DNA from: Myxococcales bacterium
GTDB taxonomy: Bacteria; Myxococcota; Myxococcia; Myxococcales; UBA5297
Length of the DNA: 64,000 nt
Assembly (NCBI GenBank): GCA_031552145.1
Contig: JAVBMV010000005.1
Span: 3,869 to 67,868, forward strand
Direction of reading: 5' to 3'
This document shows, piece by piece, positions 19,701 through 27,030 of this stretch. Within the stretch, counting starts at the first letter, position 1, and every line of letters starts with the position of its first letter. The notes beneath the pieces were generated by a model. That model searched no databases. It saw only the letters and a program-made list of their open reading frames with translations, and was not told where the DNA came from. The position numbers and the translations under genes were made by a program.

Positions 19701-20279
19701 GGTGTCGTGGCGCCCATTAGTGCCGTTCTGCCCGAGGGGCTCTGGTATCTTTGGGTCGATGGATATGCGGCCACTGCGGGTACCTTTACGTTGGGAGTCG
19801 AACTCACGGAGATCGCCGCGCAATTGCCACCGGCGAATGACAACTGTCAGGGGGAAGTGCCGCCGCTTTCAGCCAATGTACCCGTGACTGGCGACACAAC
19901 TTTCGCCGAGGCCGACTATGGCTGGCGAAAGGCGATGCCCTGCGGATTTGGCGGGGGTGTCGTGTTGCGCGTGCCGCGCGGAAAAGACGTGGTCTATTCC
20001 TACACTCCGACGAAAGACGGCCTCTTTCTGCTCCACCTCACGCCACATGGCTCCACGCCCAATGATCGCCCAGAGGTTTGGGTGACGAAGACGCTCTGCG
20101 GCGAAGAGAGCGCCTGCGTGGCCATGGCGAGAACCTCGCCGGGAGGTGGAAAGTTGTCGCAGCTGCCCGTCTGGGGCGAGGCCGGAGTCACCTATTATTT
20201 GATCGTGGGCTCCGCGACCGGGGCAACGCCTCAATGGAGCGGAAAGTTCACGCTCGAGGTGCGCGTTACGGAGCCTTGA
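13713..20279 (+). CDS. Giant lipoprotein A (2,188 aa): 3 Cys-rich repeats + 13 PPC-like disulfide modules; function unknown
   Basis: GGAGG lies 6 nt upstream of ATG 13713. Signal peptide with lipobox MACVRLRSLFFALALGLAAC. It is a single uninterrupted ORF, and every ~140-175 aa it repeats ND/GDxC ... DxVYxF ... R..C ... YY/WYxxVD ... GxFxLxV. See findings. Confidence 0.85.
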   Translation: MACVRLRSLFFALALGLAACADPNPPGNTPDAGDIDSGDVGDIGADACVANCEGKQGGESDGCGGECPCVPENDFEFCERLGATCGTLKAPDTCEEEREVSCGECDARQRCDEAHRCVCAPYTDDQLCAAALKECGALGEVDDGCGNAVEVLSCGTCPKHTFCGPDGACEPCVPENDLEFCVRHGVECGSLETLDNCEYARKVAECGTETGCGAMMLCTPHGKCLGAHRPKNDACGDPDDENIEPEELLFDETTGYAYAYGAMDKANAYKKPTAPGEKEAESLGTVISCIEGTRNKSRDVVYTFSLAEPTTISVSLATAWEAAALELRSACGVVADSTISCKVDLSKGSIALPPQNLGAGQYWLWVASPGRHHTDPNPAPGLFALTVLAVPIAEVAENDKCDSLEPLLLVSGVIRVSADLRKATGQLAGGCGSAQILHPEVVYLLDLPLAGSLKATARPNATDGNGVEPYLYLRRACEKLSSEVLCTPYADGRAELHAPRLAAGAWYLVVDATTDAMGLVDLEVELADPLPRPEGDICSDELVPLTFQRGDRITVKGDLFAAGDDSDTPCPGTGASPEFVHVFELTEPAYVGIVLQGDETTKGYLPALHTRPSCAAIHGTHCGDSEAYARRAVLNAGLLEAPFSEGRHYIFVEGLNQNVGKYEMVITKYPVERNDTCETAVPLSNFDEEDKLVAYGSLRESFARQMLSCAPVDMLPGLAAVYEIAPPRDATLRGKITSSPGQTLALIAEVRRDCDDVTTAIRGTCTPPVDLISPAEFVVRHVSSSSKYYLWIRSRALYSDVFSEVVVPGDFTIELQLFDPVTPSNDLCEGASELIFDNDVARVTKTEDGEPLDTRFASDDYAGSCGTPTLIQNGPDLVWYFDVTAPIAIQVKVSKTGAKAAGPLAFSLRRSCAASTPTDEVLCAYSTGGDFVSTTHSILDDPGRYFLVVDELGTEDAPALGGQFELEVTRRQTLQGDSCAIAADLGDVTGLEKQLSGDTRLAYRDMQNDSSCRNSEAAKDLVYAFTLTEVQTVELTVTPTTPSYNPVVSIRSSCGAAETLVPGACARNETIPGVRRFLFGRMEAGTYYIWISGYSLGGGVLADGAFALELKASSPPSVPLNSGCGQPQLLALSHVTDGIGKYATVSADTTYSRNLDEGGGPCPGASGPDLTFKFTIDSFPEGEKGLVLATVIPADGSSLIPAVSIRRLSDCDSALAQEACGFAKLVNPVAASAKVGNGEYVVVVDGVQGSAGAFTLDILARPPLWGDTCDQAETLEFGAPIDGVATATMLIEDLAQAGDDAQTLFPATICSMAGRDVVYVLDLRAGGRKVEITVKGAAGNSVYRPAFSVRQVCGDIFSEIGCKGLGGTTESATFNWLSPGLYYIWVDAYTASSARGRVEVTVKTTDVANAPTNYSCETALDISQEARTHTPIEGTTEASTNNIRGTCENSALTQNLSELVYKYTAESTTGLEMLLSSENTYSHVLVVRSVCESGAAAHELACMKTAAASFLMTTWSANAYVPRIDAGQTIYIIIDTTMSLGQARPGPFRLEVHERPAAENDTCEAAEELMFEEDIATAQGDTRYASNTTHAYANNTMSGPMTSAGLYGSTNSGFYCPELFYKFSIEAGKAYSVKATVVPADPVDGLKTVLYVRPSCAPDFVSVSPYVVLPPVGYGLAQVAHTSDTSAAFSLLMPRLDAGTYYVVVDSYGSDVDCRSGAFELSVERTEILPEDVPPNALCGEATATLLDFADATVDGTARTKEWPLADTRRAGDSMQGSCGILHGGDLFYKLSLASERRVTATVTRSPNTAEQGGYTPALYLRKNCAQGFENEVACSVASEGVGGKSGIAMLVQPVLGPGTWYLVVDGNQYSGGTFVLSVALDTPAPVAPTNDSCFSPMPILVDVESEVITATTGVAGGAALANNDAVASCVDQAVSSAPGYSAQDLVYSIAIDRPRRLTAQILESNGIRPALFLRKECGLGGFSNEVFCSRADAPGGVVAPISAVLPEGLWYLWVDGYAATAGTFTLGVELTEIAAQLPPANDNCQGEVPPLSANVPVTGDTTFAEADYGWRKAMPCGFGGGVVLRVPRGKDVVYSYTPTKDGLFLLHLTPHGSTPNDRPEVWVTKTLCGEESACVAMARTSPGGGKLSQLPVWGEAGVTYYLIVGSATGATPQWSGKFTLEVRVTEP

Positions 20280-20371
20280 AGCAATAAGGAGAGCCTCTCG
20301 CGGTGCTCTTTTTGAAATGCCGACATGGAGATGTCAATGTGTATTGGTTTTGCTAGAAGTCGGAGGCGAGG

Positions 20372-23300
20372 ATGAAATATGGCGTATTTTGTTGTCTTCT
20401 GTTGGTCCTTTCCCTGGGATTGGCGGCGTGCGGTGACCCCAATCCGCCGGGCAACATCGCCGATGTTGGCGGTACAGACTCGGGCGATGTTGGGGACGCC
20501 GGCCAAGATGCCTGCGTATCCAACTGTGAGGGCAAGCAGGGTGGCGAGAGCGACGGCTGCGGAGGGACGTGTTCCTGCGTCCCAGAGAGCGACAAGGCGT
20601 TCTGCGAGCGGCTTAGGGCTACCTGCGGCACGTTGAAGGCGCCCGACAACTGCGAAGAGGAGCGAGAGGCTTCGTGTGGCCGCTGCGATGAGCGCCAGAG
20701 ATGTGACGAGGTGGCGCACCGTTGCGTCTGCGAGCCCTATACGGAAAGGGAGCTCTGCGCGGCCGCGCTGATAGAGTGTGGGGCGCTCGGTGAGGTGGAT
20801 GACGGCTGCGGAAACACCGTGGAGGTCTTTTCTTGCGGCACCTGCCCGAAGCACACCTTCTGCGGCCCCGATGGCGCCTGTGCGCCCTGCGTGCCAGAGA
20901 GTGATCTCGAGTTCTGCGCTCGCCATGGCGTGGAGTGCGGAACGCTCTCTGAGCTCGACAATTGCGAGTATGAGCGAACCGTGACGGAGTGCCGGACAGG
21001 GAGCGCGTGCGGCGAGATGATGCTCTGTACGCCGCGCGGCAAGTGTCCCGCCGCCTATAGACCGAAGAACGATGCCTGCAGCGATCCGGTCGATGCGAAC
21101 ATTGGACCCGAAGAGCTCGTCTTCGATGAGACGACGGGCTACGCCTATGCCTATGGCGTCATGGACGAGGCGCTTGCCTACAAGATGCCGACCGAGCCGG
21201 GCGACAAGGATGCGGAGAGCCTCGGCACCCTGATTTCGTGCAATGAGGGAATTCGTAGAAGCTCCCGCGATGTGGTCTACACCTTCTCGCTCACCGAGCC
21301 GATGACCATCTCGGTGAGCCTGGCGACTGCGTGGGCGGCGGCCGCGCTGGAGCTGCGTTCGGTGTGTGGTGTGGCGCTCGACAGCGCCATCGCCTGCAAT
21401 TTGGACATGGATCACGGCAGCATCTCGCTGGCGCCGCAAAACCTGGGGGCGGGCCAGTATTGGCTCTGGGTCGCCACCCCCACGAACCGCCTCAATGAGC
21501 CCAATCTTGCCCTAGGGCTCTTCACGCTCTCCGTTCAGGCAGTGCCGATCGCGGAGGTGGCCGAAAACGACGAATGCGGTGTGGCGGAGCCGTTGGCCCT
21601 GGCCTCCGGACCGACCCTGTTCGGCGCCGACCTGCGCATGGCGACGGGGCAGCTGGTTGGAGGGTGCGCGGGTACGCAGGTGCTGCATCCCGAGTTGGTC
21701 TATTTGCTGGATTTGCAGCAAACACATTCGCTGAAGGCCACGGTCAGGGCCAACGCGGTCGATGGAAATGGCGTGGTGCCCTATCTCTATCTGCGCAGCT
21801 CCTGCGAGGAGGTAGCGAGTGAGCTCTTCTGCAACACGAACGTAGATGGCAGGGCGGAGCTGCACGTCCCGCGCCTGGGCGAGGGCCTCTGGTATCTGGT
21901 GGTCGACGCCATGACCGATGCCATCGGACTGGTGGACCTCGAGGTGGAGCTCGCCGAGCCGCTCCCAAGACCCGAGGGCGATCTCTGCTCGGAGGCGCTG
22001 GTGCCTCTCACCTTTGAGGAGGGCTCACGGATCACGGTCGAGGGCGACCTCTTCGCGGCAGGGGACGACAGCGAGACGCTCTGCCCGGGGAGCGGCGCTG
22101 GCCCAGAGATCGTCCACGCCTTCGAGCTCGCCGAGCCCGCCTATGTCGGCGTGGTGCTGCTGGGAGACGACAGCACCAAGGGCTATCTGCCCGCATTTCA
22201 TATCAGGCCGGATTGTACGGCCATTCAAGGGACTCTCTGCGGAGTGACCGAGTCCTATTACCGCCGCGCCGGTTTGAATGCTGGACTCATGCAGAGCCCG
22301 CTCGGCGCGGGGATCCATTACCTGGTCGTGGAGGGGCTGAATCAGAACGTCGGAAAATACAAGCTGGAGATCACGAAGTATCCCGTGGAGCGCCACGACC
22401 AATGCAGCGCGGCTATCCCGCTCACCGATTTTGGCGATAATGACACGCTGGTAGCCTATGGCTCGCTCCGGGAGAACGACGCCAGGTACCGGTTCTCCTG
22501 CGCCACGTGGGATATGGCTCCGGGGCTGGCTGCCGTCTACGAGATAAAGCCCCCGCGAGATGCGACGCTCAGAGGAAAGATCACGCCCAGCCCTGGGCAG
22601 GCGCTCGCCCTCATCGCCGAGGTGCGCAGAGAATGCGACGAGATGAACTCCGCCATTCGAGGGACATGCAAGTCCCCATACAGCTTTATCTCTCCTGCCG
22701 AGTTCATGGTGCAACGCGTCAATCCGCTTGACAAATATTACCTGTGGGTACGTTCCAGGGCTTACTCTCTGGAAGGTGTCGGCGATGTCGTGACGCCCGG
22801 TGACTTCACCATCGAGCTCGAGCTGATCGATCCGGTGGCGCCCTCCAACGATCTCTGCGTCGGGGCCTCTGAGCTCGTCTTCGACCACGGCGTAGCGCTC
22901 GTGACCACGACCGAGGAGGGCGAGAAGTTAGACACGCGCTTTGCTTCTGACGACTACTCGGGAACCTGTGGCACCGCGACGATGACTCAGAGTGGTCCAG
23001 ATTTGGTTTGGTATTTCGATGTGACCGAGCCCATCGCCATCGATATCAAGCTCACGAGGGCCGACGATAGCGCGATGGGGCACCTCGCATTCTCGTTGCG
23101 GCGCAGCTGCGCCGCCCCCACGCCCACCGATGAAGTGCTCTGCGCCTATTCGAAAAACGGCGGGGGCGCGGAGGTCTCTGCGACCCACTCCTATCTCGCC
23201 GAGGAGGGGCGGTATTATCTCGTCGTGGATGAGCTCGGCTCGGCGAGCGCTCCGGCGTTGGGAGGCCTGATCGCGATTGAGGTGACCAAGCGCTCACCGC

Positions 23301-26300
23301 TCCCCGGCGACTCCTGTGCCAATAAGGGCGACCTAGGAGATATCACCGGCCTCGAAAAGCGGATCTCGGGTGACACCCGGCTGGCCCATCGCGATGCACT
23401 CTATGACAGCAGTTGCGTCTCCTCGGACGCGGCCAGGGATATGGTCTATGCCTTCACGCTAACCTCTGCTCAGACCGTCGAGCTGACGGTGACACCGACG
23501 AATCCCACCTTCAATCCCGTCGTCTCGGTTCACTCCGCTTGCGAGAGCCACGGAGCCCGCCTGCCGGGCGGCTGTGCCCGCCATGAGACGGTGCCGGGGG
23601 TGCGCCAGCTCTTCTTCGGACGCCTGGAGGGAGGGACTTATTATGTGTGGGTCACGGGCTATGCGAAGGGCTCGGGCGTCCTGGCAGATGGGGCGTTCGA
23701 GCTCAAGGTGAAGGCGAGCGAGCCGCCGACTATCCCCGCGAACTCGGGCTGTGACCATCCGCAGTCGTTGACGCTGCAGGACGAGGTGGCCGGCACCGGC
23801 AAGTATGGCTCGCTCTCCGGCGACACCACCTACTCGCGAAATCTGGATTCGGGGGGAGGCTCCTGCGCGGGCGCGAGCGGGCCAGAGCTTACCTACAGGT
23901 TCATCGTCGATTCTTTCCCGTCGAGCGCCGAAGGGATGCTCATCGCGACCGTCACCCCCGCGCCCGGCTCTACGCTCATCCCCTCCGTTTCGGTTCGGTC
24001 GCTCGCCAACTGCGGGGCGCCAGCGGCGCAGAAGGGCTGCAGCGCCTCAAAGCTGGTCAATCCGACCGCTGCTTCCGTCAAGGCTGGCAATGGCGAATAT
24101 GTCGTGGTCGTCGATGGCGCCGAGGGCAGCGCTGGCGCTTTCACGCTGGAGGTGCTGGTGCGGCCGCCCCTCCCGGGCGACACCTGCGACCAAGTGGAGC
24201 GGCTCGAGTTCACGGCGCCGGTGGATGGGGTGGCCGTTGCGACCGCGACGATTGAGAACTTGGCCCAAGCGGGCGATGACGCGACCACGCTCTCCCCCTC
24301 GACGATCTGCACCATGGCGGGACGCGATATTGTCTATTTGCTGGATCTGAGCAGCGGCGGCAGAAAGGTAGATGTCACGGTCAGGGCTGGCGCCGAAAAT
24401 GCCGTTTATCGCCCTGCGTTCTCATTGAGGAAGTCCTGCGACGACATCTTCTCTGAGATTGGGTGCAAGAGTCTCAACACGGCGGGTGGAAGCGTGAGCG
24501 CGACTTTCAACTGGCTGAGTCCGGGGCGCTACTATCTGTGGGTCGACGCCTTTTCTGCCAATGCCTCCCAGGGGGCGGTCGAGGTAATTGTCACGACCAC
24601 CGCCCTGCAGGGTGCGCCCACGAACTATTCATGCCAGACGGCGCTCGATATCTCGGAGGCGGTGCGGGCACATACGCCGATCGAGGGCAACACCGCGGTC
24701 GCGGCGAACAACTTCCGCGGCACCTGTGAGATCGCTGCATTGACGCAGAACCTCTCCGAGCTGGTCTACAAATACACGGCGCAGACCGCGAAGGGACTGG
24801 AGATCGTGCTTACTTCCAACAGGTCGTATGCCCATGTCCTGGTCGTGCGAAACGTCTGCGAGAGCGAGGCAGCTGTCAACGAGTTGGCCTGTATCAAGAC
24901 GGCGAGCACGAAACATACGAGTTTGGAGAATCCATACTGGGCTGCCCGGTACTATGTACCGCGCGTCGATGCCGAACAGACGGTTTATATTATCGTCGAT
25001 ACAACGCAAATGAGCAACGATGCGAAGGTTGGGCCATTCAAGCTCGAGATCGAAGAGCGCCCCGTCGCGGCACATGATACATGCGAGGAGGCGGCGCCGC
25101 TGATATTCGAGGGGAACGTGGCGACGGCACAGGGCAACACCAGCTATGCGAGCAACACGACCCACGCCTATGCGAACGGCTCCATGAATGGCCCCATGAC
25201 CCTGGCGGGCACCTATGGTGTCGCCAGCTCCGGTTTCTACGGCCCAGAGCTCTTTTATAAGTTCACCATCGATCAGGGGAAGGCCTTCTCGGTAAATGTG
25301 ACCGTGCGCCCCACGGATACGGGTGATGGCTTGAAGACAGTCCTTTACGTGCGCCCTTCGTGTGCGTCCGATTTCATCTCGGCGAACCCCTCCACTGTGC
25401 TTCCTCCCATTGGTTATGGGTTGACACAGGCGAGCAGCACAACCGACAGCACAGCGGCCTTCTCGTTGCTGGTGCCGCGGCTCGATGCCGGCACCTATTA
25501 TGTGGTCGTCGACTCGTACGGAGGCGAAACGGACTTCGGGCCCGGTGCGTTCGAGCTCACTGTGGAGCGGACCGAGATTCTCCCCGGCTCCGTTCCGGCC
25601 AATGCGCTCTGCGGCGAGTCGACCGCGATGCTGCTCGACTTTACGGGCGCCACAGTCGAGGGAAGCGCGCAGACAAAATCCTGGCCCCAGGCAGACACGC
25701 GCCTCGCGGGGGATTCGATGCAGGGGAGCTGCGGGGTGCTCCATGGCGGCGACCTCTTTTATAAGCTAGACCTCAGCTCGGAGAGGCGAGTGACCGCGAC
25801 GGTGACCCGAGATCCGCTCACCTCGGTGCAGAACTCCTTCACGCCCGCAATCTACCTCAGGAGAAACTGTGAGCCGGGCCTCGAGAATGAGCTGGCCTGT
25901 TCGATGGCCCGCGAAGGAACCGGCGACAAGACAGGTATCGCGACGCTCGTTCATCCCAAGCTGGGGCCCGGTCTCTGGTACCTGGTGGTCGACGGCAATC
26001 AGTACAGCAGCGGCACCTTTGTCCTGACGGTGACTCTGGATGAACAAGCGCCCCAGGCGCCGACCAATGACTCGTGCTTCGCTCCTACGCCGCTGCTCGT
26101 GAACGTAGAGAGTGAGCAGGTGACCGCGACGACCGCGGTGGGGGGCGCGCCGCTGGCGAACAACGACGCCCTCGCTTCGTGCAATTACGAGGCGGCCAGC
26201 AACGCTCCTGGCTATACGGCCCAGGATCTCGTCTATTCGATCGCCCTCGACCGACCGCGCAGGCTCACCGCTCAGATTGTCGAGAGCATCGGAATTAGGC

Positions 26301-26959
26301 CCGCGATCTTCTTGCGCAAGGAGTGCGCGGTCGGCGGCTTCGCGAACGAGTTGTTCTGTTCGCGCGCGACCGCGGCTGGGGGCGTCGTCGCGCCCGTCAG
26401 CGCGGTATTGCCAGAGGGGCTCTGGTATCTGTGGGTCGACGGATATGCCGCCACCGCGGGCTCGTTCACGCTGGGGGTCGAGCTCTCCGAGATCGGGTCG
26501 CAATTGCCGCCGCTGAATGACAACTGCCAGGGGACGGTGCCGCAGCTTACGGCCAAGGTGCCCGTCGTGGGTGATACGACGAATGCCGTGGCGGACTATG
26601 GCTGGCGAAAGGCGATGCGGTGCGGGTTCCCCGTCGGCGTCTCGGCGCGCGTGCCGCGCGGGAAGGATGTCGTCTATTCCTACACCCCCACGCTGGATGG
26701 AGACTTCGCGCTCGTCTTGACGCCCTGGACCACCGCGTCCAGCGATCGGCCAGAGATATGGGTGACGAAGGGGCTCTGCGGCGAAGAGAGCGCTTGTGTG
26801 GCGATCGCGAGGAGCGCCCCAACCGGAGGAAAAGTGGCGCGACTGCCGGTGTGGGGAGAGGCGGGCGTCACCTATTATGTGATCGTGGGCTCCTCGACCG
26901 CTGCGACGCCTCCATGGAGCGGACAGTTCACGCTCGAGGTTCGCCCCACGGCGCCCTGA
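20372..26959 (+). CDS. Giant lipoprotein B (2,195 aa), collinear paralog of lipoprotein A
   Basis: GGAGG lies upstream of ATG 20372. Signal peptide with lipobox MKYGVFCCLLLVLSLGLAAC. It aligns by eye with protein A from the lipobox to the final residues (…SGQFTLEVRPTAP versus …SGKFTLEVRVTEP), with the same module order. Confidence 0.85.
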   Translation: MKYGVFCCLLLVLSLGLAACGDPNPPGNIADVGGTDSGDVGDAGQDACVSNCEGKQGGESDGCGGTCSCVPESDKAFCERLRATCGTLKAPDNCEEEREASCGRCDERQRCDEVAHRCVCEPYTERELCAAALIECGALGEVDDGCGNTVEVFSCGTCPKHTFCGPDGACAPCVPESDLEFCARHGVECGTLSELDNCEYERTVTECRTGSACGEMMLCTPRGKCPAAYRPKNDACSDPVDANIGPEELVFDETTGYAYAYGVMDEALAYKMPTEPGDKDAESLGTLISCNEGIRRSSRDVVYTFSLTEPMTISVSLATAWAAAALELRSVCGVALDSAIACNLDMDHGSISLAPQNLGAGQYWLWVATPTNRLNEPNLALGLFTLSVQAVPIAEVAENDECGVAEPLALASGPTLFGADLRMATGQLVGGCAGTQVLHPELVYLLDLQQTHSLKATVRANAVDGNGVVPYLYLRSSCEEVASELFCNTNVDGRAELHVPRLGEGLWYLVVDAMTDAIGLVDLEVELAEPLPRPEGDLCSEALVPLTFEEGSRITVEGDLFAAGDDSETLCPGSGAGPEIVHAFELAEPAYVGVVLLGDDSTKGYLPAFHIRPDCTAIQGTLCGVTESYYRRAGLNAGLMQSPLGAGIHYLVVEGLNQNVGKYKLEITKYPVERHDQCSAAIPLTDFGDNDTLVAYGSLRENDARYRFSCATWDMAPGLAAVYEIKPPRDATLRGKITPSPGQALALIAEVRRECDEMNSAIRGTCKSPYSFISPAEFMVQRVNPLDKYYLWVRSRAYSLEGVGDVVTPGDFTIELELIDPVAPSNDLCVGASELVFDHGVALVTTTEEGEKLDTRFASDDYSGTCGTATMTQSGPDLVWYFDVTEPIAIDIKLTRADDSAMGHLAFSLRRSCAAPTPTDEVLCAYSKNGGGAEVSATHSYLAEEGRYYLVVDELGSASAPALGGLIAIEVTKRSPLPGDSCANKGDLGDITGLEKRISGDTRLAHRDALYDSSCVSSDAARDMVYAFTLTSAQTVELTVTPTNPTFNPVVSVHSACESHGARLPGGCARHETVPGVRQLFFGRLEGGTYYVWVTGYAKGSGVLADGAFELKVKASEPPTIPANSGCDHPQSLTLQDEVAGTGKYGSLSGDTTYSRNLDSGGGSCAGASGPELTYRFIVDSFPSSAEGMLIATVTPAPGSTLIPSVSVRSLANCGAPAAQKGCSASKLVNPTAASVKAGNGEYVVVVDGAEGSAGAFTLEVLVRPPLPGDTCDQVERLEFTAPVDGVAVATATIENLAQAGDDATTLSPSTICTMAGRDIVYLLDLSSGGRKVDVTVRAGAENAVYRPAFSLRKSCDDIFSEIGCKSLNTAGGSVSATFNWLSPGRYYLWVDAFSANASQGAVEVIVTTTALQGAPTNYSCQTALDISEAVRAHTPIEGNTAVAANNFRGTCEIAALTQNLSELVYKYTAQTAKGLEIVLTSNRSYAHVLVVRNVCESEAAVNELACIKTASTKHTSLENPYWAARYYVPRVDAEQTVYIIVDTTQMSNDAKVGPFKLEIEERPVAAHDTCEEAAPLIFEGNVATAQGNTSYASNTTHAYANGSMNGPMTLAGTYGVASSGFYGPELFYKFTIDQGKAFSVNVTVRPTDTGDGLKTVLYVRPSCASDFISANPSTVLPPIGYGLTQASSTTDSTAAFSLLVPRLDAGTYYVVVDSYGGETDFGPGAFELTVERTEILPGSVPANALCGESTAMLLDFTGATVEGSAQTKSWPQADTRLAGDSMQGSCGVLHGGDLFYKLDLSSERRVTATVTRDPLTSVQNSFTPAIYLRRNCEPGLENELACSMAREGTGDKTGIATLVHPKLGPGLWYLVVDGNQYSSGTFVLTVTLDEQAPQAPTNDSCFAPTPLLVNVESEQVTATTAVGGAPLANNDALASCNYEAASNAPGYTAQDLVYSIALDRPRRLTAQIVESIGIRPAIFLRKECAVGGFANELFCSRATAAGGVVAPVSAVLPEGLWYLWVDGYAATAGSFTLGVELSEIGSQLPPLNDNCQGTVPQLTAKVPVVGDTTNAVADYGWRKAMRCGFPVGVSARVPRGKDVVYSYTPTLDGDFALVLTPWTTASSDRPEIWVTKGLCGEESACVAIARSAPTGGKVARLPVWGEAGVTYYVIVGSSTAATPPWSGQFTLEVRPTAP

Positions 26960-26967
26960 GATAGTTC

Positions 26968-27003
26968 AAGGGCGGGCCGGCTCCATTCGCCCGGCCCGCC
27001 CTT
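26968..27003. terminator. Perfect 13-bp GC-rich hairpin between convergent genes
   Basis: AAGGGCGGGCCGG-ctccattcg-CCGGCCCGCCCTT lies between the stop of lipoprotein B (26959) and the stop of the Kelch gene (27031). There is no flanking T-run on either strand, so it is a hairpin-only (possibly bidirectional) terminator or an RNA-stability element. Confidence 0.5.
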
Positions 27004-27030
27004 GTAATGAGTTGCGCGCGCTCTCCTTGG

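Noticed and set aside
20289-20313. Possible intrinsic terminator in the 92-bp spacer between the giant paralogs (GAGAGC-ctctcgcggt-GCTCTT followed by TTTT).
   Set aside because: The stem is only 5-6 bp including a G:U pair, the loop is 10 nt, and the T-run is short. This is too weak to call. The two genes may or may not be co-transcribed.
13734-26871. Dozens of 60-400-aa ORFs in other frames or on the other strand inside the two giant genes (for example 13960..14865(-), 14574..15656(-), 20231..21439(-), 22025..22888(-), 24629..25744(-) and 25766..26503(-)).
   Set aside because: Each is interrupted relative to the single 6.6-kb open frames. They have R/G/P/A-biased composition and lack the repeating module signature that the long frames show 13 times.
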